Shown: positions 1-9,910, numbered from the stretch's first letter. The stretch is DNA of 64,000 bases from Candidatus Babelota bacterium (GCA_049325595.1 JBMOLF010000015.1:96001-160000), one strand, 5' to 3'. Made by a program: numbers and translations. Notes: generated by a model not told the origin, from the sequence alone.

Positions 1-1
1 T

Positions 2-1534
2 TTGGTGCATGATTTGAATACCACAGAAATTGCACATTTTTTTGATTGCAAAACAGTATGGGGCACTATTTATTTGCAAGAGACGTTGAATAATCCAATA
101 CGTTTGGAAGATTTACCAGCAGTATTACAACGACAAAATGCAATAAAAACACTGGTAGAAAACCCTGCAATAAAAAAAGAAGTTGATCAACTTTTGGAAA
201 TGGTAAAGCAATCTGAGAATGATATTATTTTGCTGTTTTCTGATTATTTTAAGGGTCAAAACTGCCCAGAATTAGCAAATCTTGAAATTATAAAAAAACA
301 AAATCCTTATCTGTATCCCTTTTTTAAATTGATAACATATAACCCAAAAGCAAAATGTGCTGCAACAGCGTTGAGTCTTATTTCTATTCCTATTGGAACA
401 GCAACTACTGCCTATTTAGCAAAAATTTCTTATGACCTTGCGCGTGCTGGTTATCATTCAATTAATATGTATTTATTAACTGCTTATTGTGGGTTGCTTG
501 ATGGTATTTCAATGTATGGTGCTTACAAAGATTATTCGTTAGGATCTGAAAAAAGAAAAAAGTTACATGCATTAAATCAGCTTATCACCAGCGCAGAACT
601 TATTGAAAAATTATGCTCTCAATTTGGTATTGAACAACACTATAAAATAAGTGACTATAAAGATATAGTTGGATATCAGCTTATTAAAGAACTTAAGCAT
701 GACAGATATGCACGCAAACAATGCGCTTTATTTTTGACATCATCTGTGCATACCTTCATATATAAATTATATGAGCATGATAAACAGTTAGCGCAATTAT
801 TCGCTACTATTGGTGAGATGGATGCATATAATGCGGTAGCAAATAAAATATTAGCATCAAAAGAACAGGGTAATAAATTCTGCTTTGCTCGTTTTAACGA
901 AAATAAAAACGCGTTCATACAAGCGACTAATTTTTGGAATGTATTAGTAACAAATCCGATTGTAAACTCTATATCAGAAGATAGAAACATTATATTAACA
1001 GGTCCAAACAAGGGCGGAAAAACAACTGCTATCAGAGCATTGCTCCAAAATATTGTAATGGCACAGAGCTTTGGTATAGCAGCGGCAGAATATTTTGAAA
1101 GTAGTGTTTTTGATGTAATTCATTCATATCTTAATGTTTCAGATGATTTAATTAATGGATTTTCATTATTTGCATCCGAATTAAAACGAGCCCAAGAAAT
1201 ATTGCAGCGAATCAAATCATTGAATAATAATGAAAAGTTTTTCTTCGCGCTAGATGAACTATTTACTGGAACGGTTGCTGAAGATGGTGAACAGTGTGCT
1301 CATGAATTTATTAAAAAGATTGGTAATTATGATGGCATTCAATTTATATACGCAACACATTTTAATAAATTAAAAGAATTAGCAGAACATAATGCTAGAT
1401 GTGTTAATTACCGTGTTGATGCGCCTTTCAAAAACGAAGAAGGCAAATTAATGTATCCATTTACGCTAAGTAAAGGATATAGTGATTCACGTGTAGCTCT
1501 GGATCTAGCTCGTGAAGCACAGTTATTTGATTAA
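2..1534 (+). CDS. MutS-related ATPase (MutS domain V), probably 5'-partial
   Basis: Walker A LTGPNKGGKTT, SLFASEL, LDELFTGT and YATHF motifs typical of MutS ATPase domains; frame open at window start. Confidence 0.85.
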   Translation: MVHDLNTTEIAHFFDCKTVWGTIYLQETLNNPIRLEDLPAVLQRQNAIKTLVENPAIKKEVDQLLEMVKQSENDIILLFSDYFKGQNCPELANLEIIKKQNPYLYPFFKLITYNPKAKCAATALSLISIPIGTATTAYLAKISYDLARAGYHSINMYLLTAYCGLLDGISMYGAYKDYSLGSEKRKKLHALNQLITSAELIEKLCSQFGIEQHYKISDYKDIVGYQLIKELKHDRYARKQCALFLTSSVHTFIYKLYEHDKQLAQLFATIGEMDAYNAVANKILASKEQGNKFCFARFNENKNAFIQATNFWNVLVTNPIVNSISEDRNIILTGPNKGGKTTAIRALLQNIVMAQSFGIAAAEYFESSVFDVIHSYLNVSDDLINGFSLFASELKRAQEILQRIKSLNNNEKFFFALDELFTGTVAEDGEQCAHEFIKKIGNYDGIQFIYATHFNKLKELAEHNARCVNYRVDAPFKNEEGKLMYPFTLSKGYSDSRVALDLAREAQLFD

Positions 1535-1555
1535 TATGTTTAACTATGTTTATAA

Positions 1556-1583
1556 TTACGGCTGCGATTTACGCAGCCGTAAT
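1556..1583 (+). terminator. Hairpin, probable intrinsic terminator
   Basis: ttacggctgcg-attta-cgcagccgtaa inverted repeat just after the MutS-like stop. Confidence 0.7.
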
Positions 1584-1885
1584 GTTTATTGAGATTTTAC
1601 AACAAAGTTTACAAACGATTTTTTTAATTTTGAAAAAAGAAAAATTATATGTTCTTACCATATAAAAAATAATTGATCTTACTCACGAGCTTAATGAACA
1701 TAATACAGCATGGGAGATGGTGATTGTGGCTTTGAATTACATACGTTGATTATGATCAGTGTAATGACGTTGTCAAATTTAAAATACAAGCGCTAGCCTA
1801 AACAAGTCATGAGTAATTGCATTACCAATAAAAATTAACGCTATGCAAGCTCCTATTCAGGTAATTGGGCTTATTGATTAATTTA

Positions 1886-2491
1886 TTAATTATCCAGTTG
1901 TACAACTCCATGAATCAGTTCTTTGTAATAAGCAGACTTACTGAGCAATGTGTGCTGATCATAGGCCTCAATTATTTTTTCTTGATCAAGCAAAGATAAA
2001 TCGATAATCCCAACAGCTTTTTGTATTGTTTTAAGACGATGGGCAACAACGAGCGTAACTGATTCATGAGCAAGATGCTCAATCATGCGCGTAATAGCAA
2101 GTTCACTGATCTCATCAAGGCTGCTTGTAGGTTCATCTATGAGAATGAGAAGTGGTTTATAAAATAGACCTCTTAGATACAGTGCAGCAAAATTTAACCG
2201 TTGTCTTTGGCCGCCTGATAAGTTAAGCCCACCTTCGCCTAATACTGTTTCTATGCCGTTGTGGTTGTTTAAAATAGTGAGCAATCCAACTTGATCCAAA
2301 ACCGATATCAACTGATCATCAGAAAAGCCATGATCATTTGGAAGGCCCAGCAAGAGATTATTTTTTATCGTGCCCCGCAGATTTGAAGCGACCTGTCCTT
2401 GGAGTGCTATAAGCCGGCTTCGCATTGCATCGGTTACCTGATATATGTCAATACCATTAATTAAAATAGCGCCCTTAATGGGTTTTAATCT
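1886..2491 (-). pseudogene. C-terminal fragment of ABC transporter ATP-binding protein, truncated at IS left end
   Basis: LSGGQRQR signature, ILIDEPTSSLD Walker B/D-loop and VAHRL H-loop present; frame extends upstream to RLKPIKGAILINGID at ~2491, then hits IS sequence; Walker A missing. Confidence 0.85.
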
Positions 2492-3046
2492 CTAGAGGTT
2501 AATTCCTCGCGGCTTGCCGCGGGACAAAAGTCCTTATAAACTGGAGTTATGAGTCGCTACATACATAAAAGTCATAACGTATCAGTACTAATGTATCATA
2601 TAGTTTGTCCCGCGAAATACCGGAAAGCAGTATTTAACGAAGAGATAGATAAAATCTTAAAGTTAGTTTGCTTAGAAATTGAACTGAGATATGAGATAGA
2701 GTTCCTAGAAATAGGAACGGACCGAGATCATGTACATTTTCTTGTGCAATCAGTACCAACGTATAGTCCAACAGAAATAGTAAAGAAAATAAAGAGCATC
2801 ACAGCGAGAGAAATTTTCAAGAGAGCTCCCTATGTTAAAAAAGAATTATGGGGAGGCGAATTTTGGTCGAGTGGATATTATATTAGTACTGTTGGTAAAC
2901 ATGGAAGCGAGAAACGAGTAGCTGCATATGTTAAAAATCAAGGTCAAGAATATAATTTGTTGCACAAACAAGATCCTAAAAAATTCGGACAGATGTTTTT
3001 CCTATAAATAGTTTTGATACCTCGCTGCTTGCTGCGAGGTTATTCA
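2492..3046 (+). mobile_element. IS200/IS605-family insertion sequence (tnpA only)
   Basis: Related subterminal hairpins cctcgcggcttgccgcggg (2505-2523) and acctcgctgcttgctgcgaggt (3019-3040) followed by TTCA; encloses Y1 transposase; exact left boundary approximate. Confidence 0.85.
2549..3007 (+). CDS. tnpA: IS200/IS605 family Y1 (HUH) transposase
   Basis: YHIVCPAKYRK, DHVHFL (HUH), FWSSGYY, catalytic YVKNQ. Confidence 0.95.
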   Translation: MSRYIHKSHNVSVLMYHIVCPAKYRKAVFNEEIDKILKLVCLEIELRYEIEFLEIGTDRDHVHFLVQSVPTYSPTEIVKKIKSITAREIFKRAPYVKKELWGGEFWSSGYYISTVGKHGSEKRVAAYVKNQGQEYNLLHKQDPKKFGQMFFL

Positions 3047-3282
3047 TTTAACTCTTTATGCTTAATAACATACAAACGTGCTGCTTTTGATGATGCTTGA
3101 TAACGGTTTATATTTTGCCACGCTTCTTTTTTTGTTTGTGCAGTGTTAATGAGCTGTTTGATAATTTCACCAAATCTAATTTCTTCAGGAAGCGCTTCAA
3201 GTGAACATGGTTTATTTTTTTCCATCGCATAAGAGTGATGAGCTAGAAAAAGAAATGTTAGAAGTAAGACTTTTTTAATCAT
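3040..3282 (-). pseudogene. N-terminal fragment of secreted F-box-like protein, truncated by IS right end
   Basis: Signal peptide then SLEALPEEIRFGEIIKQL (F-box-like); last codons and stop lie in the IS end. Confidence 0.6.
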
Positions 3283-3486
3283 GACAATCCTAACCTAATT
3301 AGGTAATACCTATTGCGATTGTAAATTGTCCTTCATTTGCAATGCAAGATATTGCGATTTGTATCTTTTTAATTGTGATGTAGAAATTCAAACCGATAAT
3401 AAGCAAAAATTTTTTTGAAAAAATAAAGCAAAAACATTATTATGTTTTGCTTGTAAGCATTTTTAATTTAACTACAAGGACTATTT

Positions 3487-4143
3487 ATGAAAAAACAAAC
3501 AATATTGTTATTAATAGGTTTATCTTTGATAAATTCTATTGGTGCAAGTCATGAATCATCTGATATAAAAAATGATTGGCTTCCACCACTAAAAACCAAA
3601 TTTGAAGAGCTATCTCAAGGTTGTAATCCGTATGAACGACTCTGTTTTACCCCAGAAAAGATTAGAGATTTAGAATTTGTTTTTAAAACTTCTCCTCGAC
3701 GGGCACAAAATGTTGTTGAACAATTAAAAAATAAGAGCGAATCGCAATTTACTCTTTTCTTTGGTCGTAGTGGAACCGGCAAAACTGATATGGCGCAAGC
3801 TATAGCTTATAAAATGATGAAAGAAGGATGGTCTACTCATTTTATTCCAAGCATGTATTTAGTAACAACCAGTGATGCTCGAACCTTAGAAAACTTAAAA
3901 AAGCAACTTGAATACATTACTACTCATAATAATAAAGTACTCATTATAATTGATGATATAGATGGATTATTTGATAGTTGTTCTGATAGCAAACTATTAG
4001 TTGAATATTTTAATCATTTTCTTGATGTTAATCAGAATAATCCTAATATACATGTTATTGCTACCCTATCAGAGCAAGGTAGATTACCTCAAAAACTTGA
4101 ACAAAAAATTGGTCACCGCAGAATAAGATTTAATTCTTTTTAA
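3487..4143 (+). CDS. AAA+ ATPase with N-terminal signal peptide
   Basis: Walker A GRSGTGKT, Walker B IIIDDID; MKK+hydrophobic N-terminus. Confidence 0.8.
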   Translation: MKKQTILLLIGLSLINSIGASHESSDIKNDWLPPLKTKFEELSQGCNPYERLCFTPEKIRDLEFVFKTSPRRAQNVVEQLKNKSESQFTLFFGRSGTGKTDMAQAIAYKMMKEGWSTHFIPSMYLVTTSDARTLENLKKQLEYITTHNNKVLIIIDDIDGLFDSCSDSKLLVEYFNHFLDVNQNNPNIHVIATLSEQGRLPQKLEQKIGHRRIRFNSF

Positions 4144-4164
4144 TGTGAATTAGCTATAAAAACA

Positions 4165-4193
4165 AAGAGCTCCTCGCAAAAAAGGAGCTCTTT
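4165..4193. terminator. Bidirectional intrinsic terminator
   Basis: aaagagctcct...aggagctcttt between convergent genes. Confidence 0.75.
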
Positions 4194-4201
4194 TGTTGTA
4201 T

Positions 4202-5023
4202 TTATTCAACAAAATGTAACTTACCATCTTTATAACTACCGCGCTCACGCATGAGCAATTTTAACTTTTCAACGGCATCGCTATAACCACCAACTTGATC
4301 TATAAGCCCTAATTGTAATGCTTGCTCACCGGTAAACTCTTTTGCATCGGCCCAGTCAGATACATTTTCTATTTTTAGATTTCGAAACTGTGCAACTCGA
4401 GCAACAAAATTTTTATAACAATTGTCTACGTGTTCTTGATAAAAGGCGCGGACTTCGTCTTTCATGATAGGGGTATCTTCGTTTCGTGCTATTTTGTATT
4501 TTCCTGCATGAACAGTATCATAGATTATATCTCCATTTATGCCGTTGCTGTTTTTCTGTTTCATATTATTTATTTTTTTGTTTGACCACAATACACCAAT
4601 ACTTCCTATTGTACTCATAGAAGGGGCAATGATATTACTTGTTGCAGATGCTACTAAATAAGCACCTGAATTGCACATGCTTGCTACTAGTGTAACAATC
4701 GGTTTTGTTTTATTGAGCATCTCTATTTCGCGTGAGATGAGCTCCGATAGTCCACTACTTCCACCATTAGAATTAATTACGAGTAATATACCCTTAATTG
4801 AATCTTTTTCTGCAAATTCAATAATTTTTTTAATTAGTTTTTCAGTTTCTTCATTATTAATCTGATTGGTAAGTTTTAAAATCCCAATTTGATTTTGGGC
4901 TGGTACGTGTTGCGCTTTTTTTACTAAAAATTTACTGAGCAAAGGGATGTTAAGAGCTTTAGCTGACAAAATAATATTGCATGCAATAAACAAGAGTAAG
5001 GTTTTTGTATAACTGATTTTCAT
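4202..5023 (-). CDS. sppA: Signal peptide peptidase SppA (S49)
   Basis: INSNGG, CNSGAYLVAS, IGSIGV, AGKYK, FTGEQALQLGLIDQVG motifs. Confidence 0.9.
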   Translation of the reverse strand: MKISYTKTLLLFIACNIILSAKALNIPLLSKFLVKKAQHVPAQNQIGILKLTNQINNEETEKLIKKIIEFAEKDSIKGILLVINSNGGSSGLSELISREIEMLNKTKPIVTLVASMCNSGAYLVASATSNIIAPSMSTIGSIGVLWSNKKINNMKQKNSNGINGDIIYDTVHAGKYKIARNEDTPIMKDEVRAFYQEHVDNCYKNFVARVAQFRNLKIENVSDWADAKEFTGEQALQLGLIDQVGGYSDAVEKLKLLMRERGSYKDGKLHFVE

Positions 5024-5238
5024 AAAGATATCCTTTGTATAATTTCACCGATAAACAAGTATAACTTTTTTAAAAAAAACAGGAATTTAATATAGTATTT
5101 TTAATTGAGAGAAATGCTATAGGAAATTAAGAGGCTTATCTTAGCCTGCTCAAGTAATTCTCAATGGCATATTTTTAACAAATATATCTAAAAATGGTTT
5201 ATATTAGTTTTGACTATAATATACGGGAGTTTGCGCTT

Positions 5239-5988
5239 ATGAACCCAACTAAATTATTGTATATGGATGATTTTAACCAACTGTATTGCACGGCCCGCGT
5301 TGAAAGCGTTTTTTCAGAAAATGGCAAAGACATCGTTATTCTTGATCAGACCGTGTTTTATCCACAGGGTGGTGGTCAACCATACGACAAAGGTATTATT
5401 AAATCTAATAATGGCGAATTTGTTGTTGAAGAAGTCCGATTTGGAGAAGGCATGGTAAAACATATTGGCTTTTTTAGACACGGTATGTTTCCCGCATTTG
5501 GCAAGGGGAGGTTTATGCCAGGTGAAATAGTTGAATGTATTGTAGAGCAGGATCGTCGTGTACTTAATACGCGCTTGCATTCTGCTGGTCATTTGATTGA
5601 TTTAGCAGTACAAGAATTAAATTTACCGTGGGTGCCAGCAAAAGGATTCCATTTTCCTGAGGGGCCGTATGTTGAGTATGTAGTGGAATCTACTAACTTT
5701 GATAAAGAAAAAACAAAAGAGGACATTGAGGTTATTTGTAATCGATTAATTAATGAAAATATGCAAACTTCACTCCTCTTTATGAATAAAGAAGATATGA
5801 AATCGGTGTGCAAAAATGTTCCGGCTTTTATTCCTGAGAATAAGCCAGCGCGCGTTGTGATGTATGGCAAAGTTGGTATTCCCTGTGGTGGCACTCATGT
5901 AAAAAATAGTGCTGATATAAAACATATGGGCATACGAAAAATTAAAGTTGAAGGTAATCATGTTAAAGTGGCTTATGAGATAGCCTGA
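5239..5988 (+). CDS. Alanyl-tRNA editing protein (AlaX)
   Basis: LDQTVFYPQGGGQPYD, HSAGH and CGGTH zinc motifs. Confidence 0.9.
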   Translation: MNPTKLLYMDDFNQLYCTARVESVFSENGKDIVILDQTVFYPQGGGQPYDKGIIKSNNGEFVVEEVRFGEGMVKHIGFFRHGMFPAFGKGRFMPGEIVECIVEQDRRVLNTRLHSAGHLIDLAVQELNLPWVPAKGFHFPEGPYVEYVVESTNFDKEKTKEDIEVICNRLINENMQTSLLFMNKEDMKSVCKNVPAFIPENKPARVVMYGKVGIPCGGTHVKNSADIKHMGIRKIKVEGNHVKVAYEIA

Positions 5989-5997
5989 AGGAAATTA

Positions 5998-6375
5998 ATG
6001 CTTAAAAAAATAATTGTCGTTTTGATAGCGCTCTATAGTGGCACCTATGCAATGGATAATACTATTGAACCCGCAATTGCTGCCCGTGCTCATTGGATAG
6101 GAAATGAAATTGGTTTTGTAATTTTTAGATCAATTATGAATGCTCATGGTCAATCAAAAGGAATACTAAGCGACACAGATAAAAAGCCTTTAGCAGAATT
6201 CGATGATACAACGCAAACAGTAACAACTTATTTTTTACACAATAATAATCAACAGAAGTTTATATTAGAGCAGGATAAATTTATTACCTTTTTAAATGAT
6301 GAAAATCTACTGGAAAAAGCAAAAGCGTATAAAAGATTGCAACGTAATCTTTCGATTAAGTGTACTATTCTTTAA
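5998..6375 (+). CDS. Secreted hypothetical protein with C-terminal CaaX (CTIL)
   Basis: Signal peptide, ARAHWIGNE family motif, ends KCTIL. Confidence 0.75.
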   Translation: MLKKIIVVLIALYSGTYAMDNTIEPAIAARAHWIGNEIGFVIFRSIMNAHGQSKGILSDTDKKPLAEFDDTTQTVTTYFLHNNNQQKFILEQDKFITFLNDENLLEKAKAYKRLQRNLSIKCTIL

Positions 6376-6414
6376 ATAAAAAAATTATTTTATGTAAATT
6401 TAATAAGGAGTTTT

Positions 6415-6816
6415 ATGAAAAGATTTTTACTTACTCTTTTAATGGCAGTTCCTCTTTGCGCAATGGAACAAGAGTTGACTGAACATGAGATTAGCCAAGA
6501 TGATTTAATCGAAGCTCGTATACGTTGGGCGGGTTCTGAATCAAGAATTCGTCAACTTATGTTTGAAGCAAAAAATTATGCTAAAGAAGTACCCTGCCAA
6601 TATATATGTCAAGGCAAAGGGCATATAGCTGATTTTGATGGAAAAAACCAAACAGTGATAACTTATATTGCTAAAGATGATAAACAAACGAGTATCGTAC
6701 AAAGCTATGATGATTTTATTGCTTTTATAAATAATCAAGAATTATATGAGAAAGCGCGCGAAAAATATCTTCAATTGCATCCGCCAGTAAACCGTAAGCG
6801 GTGTGCAATTTTATAA
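6415..6816 (+). CDS. Secreted hypothetical protein with C-terminal CaaX (CAIL), paralogue of 5998
   Basis: AAGGAG RBS, signal peptide, ARIRWAGSE motif, ends RKRCAIL. Confidence 0.8.
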   Translation: MKRFLLTLLMAVPLCAMEQELTEHEISQDDLIEARIRWAGSESRIRQLMFEAKNYAKEVPCQYICQGKGHIADFDGKNQTVITYIAKDDKQTSIVQSYDDFIAFINNQELYEKAREKYLQLHPPVNRKRCAIL

Positions 6817-6875
6817 GTAATTTAAGATTGTATTTTTAAATAAATGTGCCATACTAGTTGATTATGGAGGTTATT

Positions 6876-8036
6876 ATGGCACAATTATTTTATTCATTTA
6901 TTCTTATTTTTTTATGCATTACTTGTCCAATTAATGCTATGTTTACAGTAGCACGACGAATAGTGCCTTTGATAGCTATTAAATCTGCCCAATCATTACA
7001 GAAAAATTCAATTTTTATTCAAAAAAATACCAAAAATTACAAGCCATTATTTAAAACTGTTCAAGCTGAACAAAATATACCAATGACACAAAATCGCTTG
7101 TACAGTTGGTTTAGTTGGACAAAAACTGATGATCGAAGCAAAAAGGCTGAAGAAAATATTAAAAACCTATTAAAAAATTCACGCAATACATTGCTCAAAA
7201 CCAGTGATACTACTTTTGATGAATTCTTAAAAAACGTTGCTACTATTAATTATCAAAGTGATAAATTGGCTTCTCAAGAACTTGTATTTGAAATTATCAA
7301 AGCTACTGGCTACCAATCTAATAGCATTATAGCGCCCTGGTTTTATAACGATAACGATATTGCGCAAGAATTAATAATGGGTGTTGATCGCCAAAAAAGA
7401 TTAGCACAAGTTTTGCTTAATAAAAAAATTAAGCTTGATAGCATCGTAGTAAATAATCAATCATTGTTATTATACGCAATTAGCCAGCTTAATATTGGCT
7501 TTGTTCAGATGATCATGCAAACAGAGTTTAAACACTCAATTGATGTAGCCACTGCAATTTATTATTTAGCGTCTGAATTTGCCAAATTAGAAGATAAAAA
7601 TAATTGGCTGTGTTCTTATAATACCGCTGGCCTCATAACGCGTGATTATCATCGAGCGCGCGCTTATATTATAAAAATGATGGCGCACATTTTACAGCCA
7701 GAGGAATTACCAAAATTTAATTACAACGGGCCTACTTCTGATAACGTTAGAAAAAGTCAAAATAACCAAAAAAATAATACCGAACAAAAAACAGAAAAAA
7801 AGAGATCAACACCATATAGCATAGATGAGTTTTATCAGTTCGCCTTACAGCATGAACGAGTACCAGAATTAATTTTAGGCATAGAAGCATTAGCAAATCA
7901 GCAAGAAATTAAAAATGCCTATAAAGCATTGATAAGCAAATACCATCCCGATAAATACTTGGATGATGAAAGTAGGCGAAAAGCGACAATAATTACTCAA
8001 ATTATTATCAATGCATACAAACATAAATGTTCATAA
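6876..8036 (+). CDS. Secreted protein with C-terminal J (DnaJ) domain
   Basis: GGAGG RBS; ILGI...EIKNAYKALISKYHPDK J-domain with HPD; signal peptide. Confidence 0.8.
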   Translation: MAQLFYSFILIFLCITCPINAMFTVARRIVPLIAIKSAQSLQKNSIFIQKNTKNYKPLFKTVQAEQNIPMTQNRLYSWFSWTKTDDRSKKAEENIKNLLKNSRNTLLKTSDTTFDEFLKNVATINYQSDKLASQELVFEIIKATGYQSNSIIAPWFYNDNDIAQELIMGVDRQKRLAQVLLNKKIKLDSIVVNNQSLLLYAISQLNIGFVQMIMQTEFKHSIDVATAIYYLASEFAKLEDKNNWLCSYNTAGLITRDYHRARAYIIKMMAHILQPEELPKFNYNGPTSDNVRKSQNNQKNNTEQKTEKKRSTPYSIDEFYQFALQHERVPELILGIEALANQQEIKNAYKALISKYHPDKYLDDESRRKATIITQIIINAYKHKCS

Positions 8037-8211
8037 TTGTACATACCCCTGAAATTATTTAATAAAGACATAAATCGGCAAATTACATGCTTAACTTAGT
8101 CTTGCAATTAAAATTTTTATAGAGTAGTAAAATGAGTAAAGTGGTTTAATAGCTAAACTCATTGGACATTGCCCAATCAATCTTTAGTGTATATCTAAAA
8201 AAGGAGTGAGT

Positions 8212-8586
8212 ATGAAAAGATTATGGATTGTTTTTGTAATTGTTGCCAATTCTTACGCAATGGAAACTGAATTAGAATATACCCCCAATCAGATTCAATT
8301 GATTACTGCGCGTTTAAGATGGTCTGGCAATGAAGATTTATTTAAGCTTACCAAGCAAGAAGAAAATTGTTTTATCAACTCGCGGATAGATAATGAACAA
8401 CTTGCTTATCTAGATAATAATGCAAAATTTATTACTACTTATTTTAAATATAATGGTAAAACAAAAACAGTTACCCACACGCGTGAAGAACTTAAAAAAT
8501 TTCTTACCGATCGCCAATTGCTCGCCGAAGTTGCCAAATGTAAAACCACTAAAAAGAATCTTGGACGGTTGTGTACTATTCAATAA
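8212..8586 (+). CDS. Secreted hypothetical protein with C-terminal CaaX (CTIQ), paralogue of 5998/6415
   Basis: AAGGAG RBS, signal peptide, ARLRWSGNE motif, ends RLCTIQ. Confidence 0.8.
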   Translation: MKRLWIVFVIVANSYAMETELEYTPNQIQLITARLRWSGNEDLFKLTKQEENCFINSRIDNEQLAYLDNNAKFITTYFKYNGKTKTVTHTREELKKFLTDRQLLAEVAKCKTTKKNLGRLCTIQ

Positions 8587-8756
8587 TATTTAAATTTATA
8601 AATAGGTTAATATTTTTTCTTAATCTATCAGTTGCATAAGGTATTAATGAGAGGTGGCAGAACATTGTCATTCAGAATCATTTTTCTATCTATTTAAAAA
8701 TAAAAAAACAGCTACAATTACTGTTTGGTTCTGAATAATAAGACAGGAGAAGCTAC

Positions 8757-9374
8757 ATGTCAATTTTATATGTTGGTACCAAATCTGCATCACGACGTAT
8801 GTTATTAGATCAAGCACAAATTCCTTATACGCTTGTGCAACAAGAAGCAGATGAATCAGTATGTAAATTAAGCGATAATTTACAAGAACGAGTTACTGCA
8901 ATTGCATTACAAAAAATGGATCACGTAATTTTGCCAAAAGGTAAAGATAGCGAACAATGTTTTGTTCTTACCGCTGATACGTTGTCGCAAGATAAAACTG
9001 GCGCCATTTCTGGTAAGCCAGAAAATAGACAAGAAGCAATTTCCATGATTAAAGCAGCACGAGATGGTATGTACACGGGTACTGCATTTTGTTTGGATCG
9101 CAAAATATGGAAAGAAAATAGTTGGCATATTGATGAACGTGTCGTTCAATTTGTAGCCGCTGAATATATTTTTAATATTCCTGATGAATGGATTGAGATA
9201 TATTTTGAAAAATCAATTGCACTCAATGCATCAGGTGCCATTGCAATAGAAGATTTTGGTATGCAATTTTTAAAGATAATCAATGGATCTTATTCAGGTT
9301 TAGTTGGTTTGCCTATGTATGAGCTACGCGAGGCACTTGAGGAATTGAATTTCTTTTCGTTTGTAAAAAAATAA
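8757..9374 (+). CDS. maf: Maf family nucleoside triphosphate pyrophosphatase
   Basis: KSASRRMLL, ADT, GKP, GSYSGLVGLP motifs. Confidence 0.9.
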   Translation: MSILYVGTKSASRRMLLDQAQIPYTLVQQEADESVCKLSDNLQERVTAIALQKMDHVILPKGKDSEQCFVLTADTLSQDKTGAISGKPENRQEAISMIKAARDGMYTGTAFCLDRKIWKENSWHIDERVVQFVAAEYIFNIPDEWIEIYFEKSIALNASGAIAIEDFGMQFLKIINGSYSGLVGLPMYELREALEELNFFSFVKK

Positions 9375-9424
9375 TTTTTGCTATAATGATTCACCAAATA
9401 ATTTTAAAAACTTATGGAGAATTC

Positions 9425-9910
9425 ATGAAAAAAATTTTATTTGTGATGTTCATTATGATTAATAGCATTAGTGCGCATGAAGTCCAGCAAGTAAAAGCTT
9501 CGGGAATAACCTATCCTTTATCCTGCCATGCCGTGCAACGTATGAGAGAAAGGGGAATTAATGCAATTAATTTAAGCAATTTGTTAGCGCATGGTAAATC
9601 GTATGAAAATACCGAAAATACCCAATTAGTTGTTAATACTAATAATGGTTATGGTGCAGTAGTTTCCATAAATGATCGGGTAATAATAACAGTAATGATC
9701 AACATATTTGAAGATAGACTGCAACGAAAATTGCAAAAAGTTAAGCATGCAAATCCAACTATATTAAAGCAAAAAGATATAAAATATTTAAAACACAGTG
9801 CGCTGATTCCATCTACTGAAAAAAGCATGAGAAAAAAACTAAAAAAAAGCACGGATTTATTTTTTGATGATGAAAATTATCAAAAAAAGTTAAGAAACAA
9901 AAGAAAATAA
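9425..9910 (+). CDS. Secreted DUF4258-like protein with basic tail
   Basis: LSCHAVQRMRERGI and VIITV motifs; signal peptide; Lys-rich C-terminus. Confidence 0.6.
   Translation: MKKILFVMFIMINSISAHEVQQVKASGITYPLSCHAVQRMRERGINAINLSNLLAHGKSYENTENTQLVVNTNNGYGAVVSINDRVIITVMINIFEDRLQRKLQKVKHANPTILKQKDIKYLKHSALIPSTEKSMRKKLKKSTDLFFDDENYQKKLRNKRK

Noticed and set aside
1590..1885. Possible gene remnant between MutS-like and ABC fragments
   Set aside because: No frame with recognisable motifs
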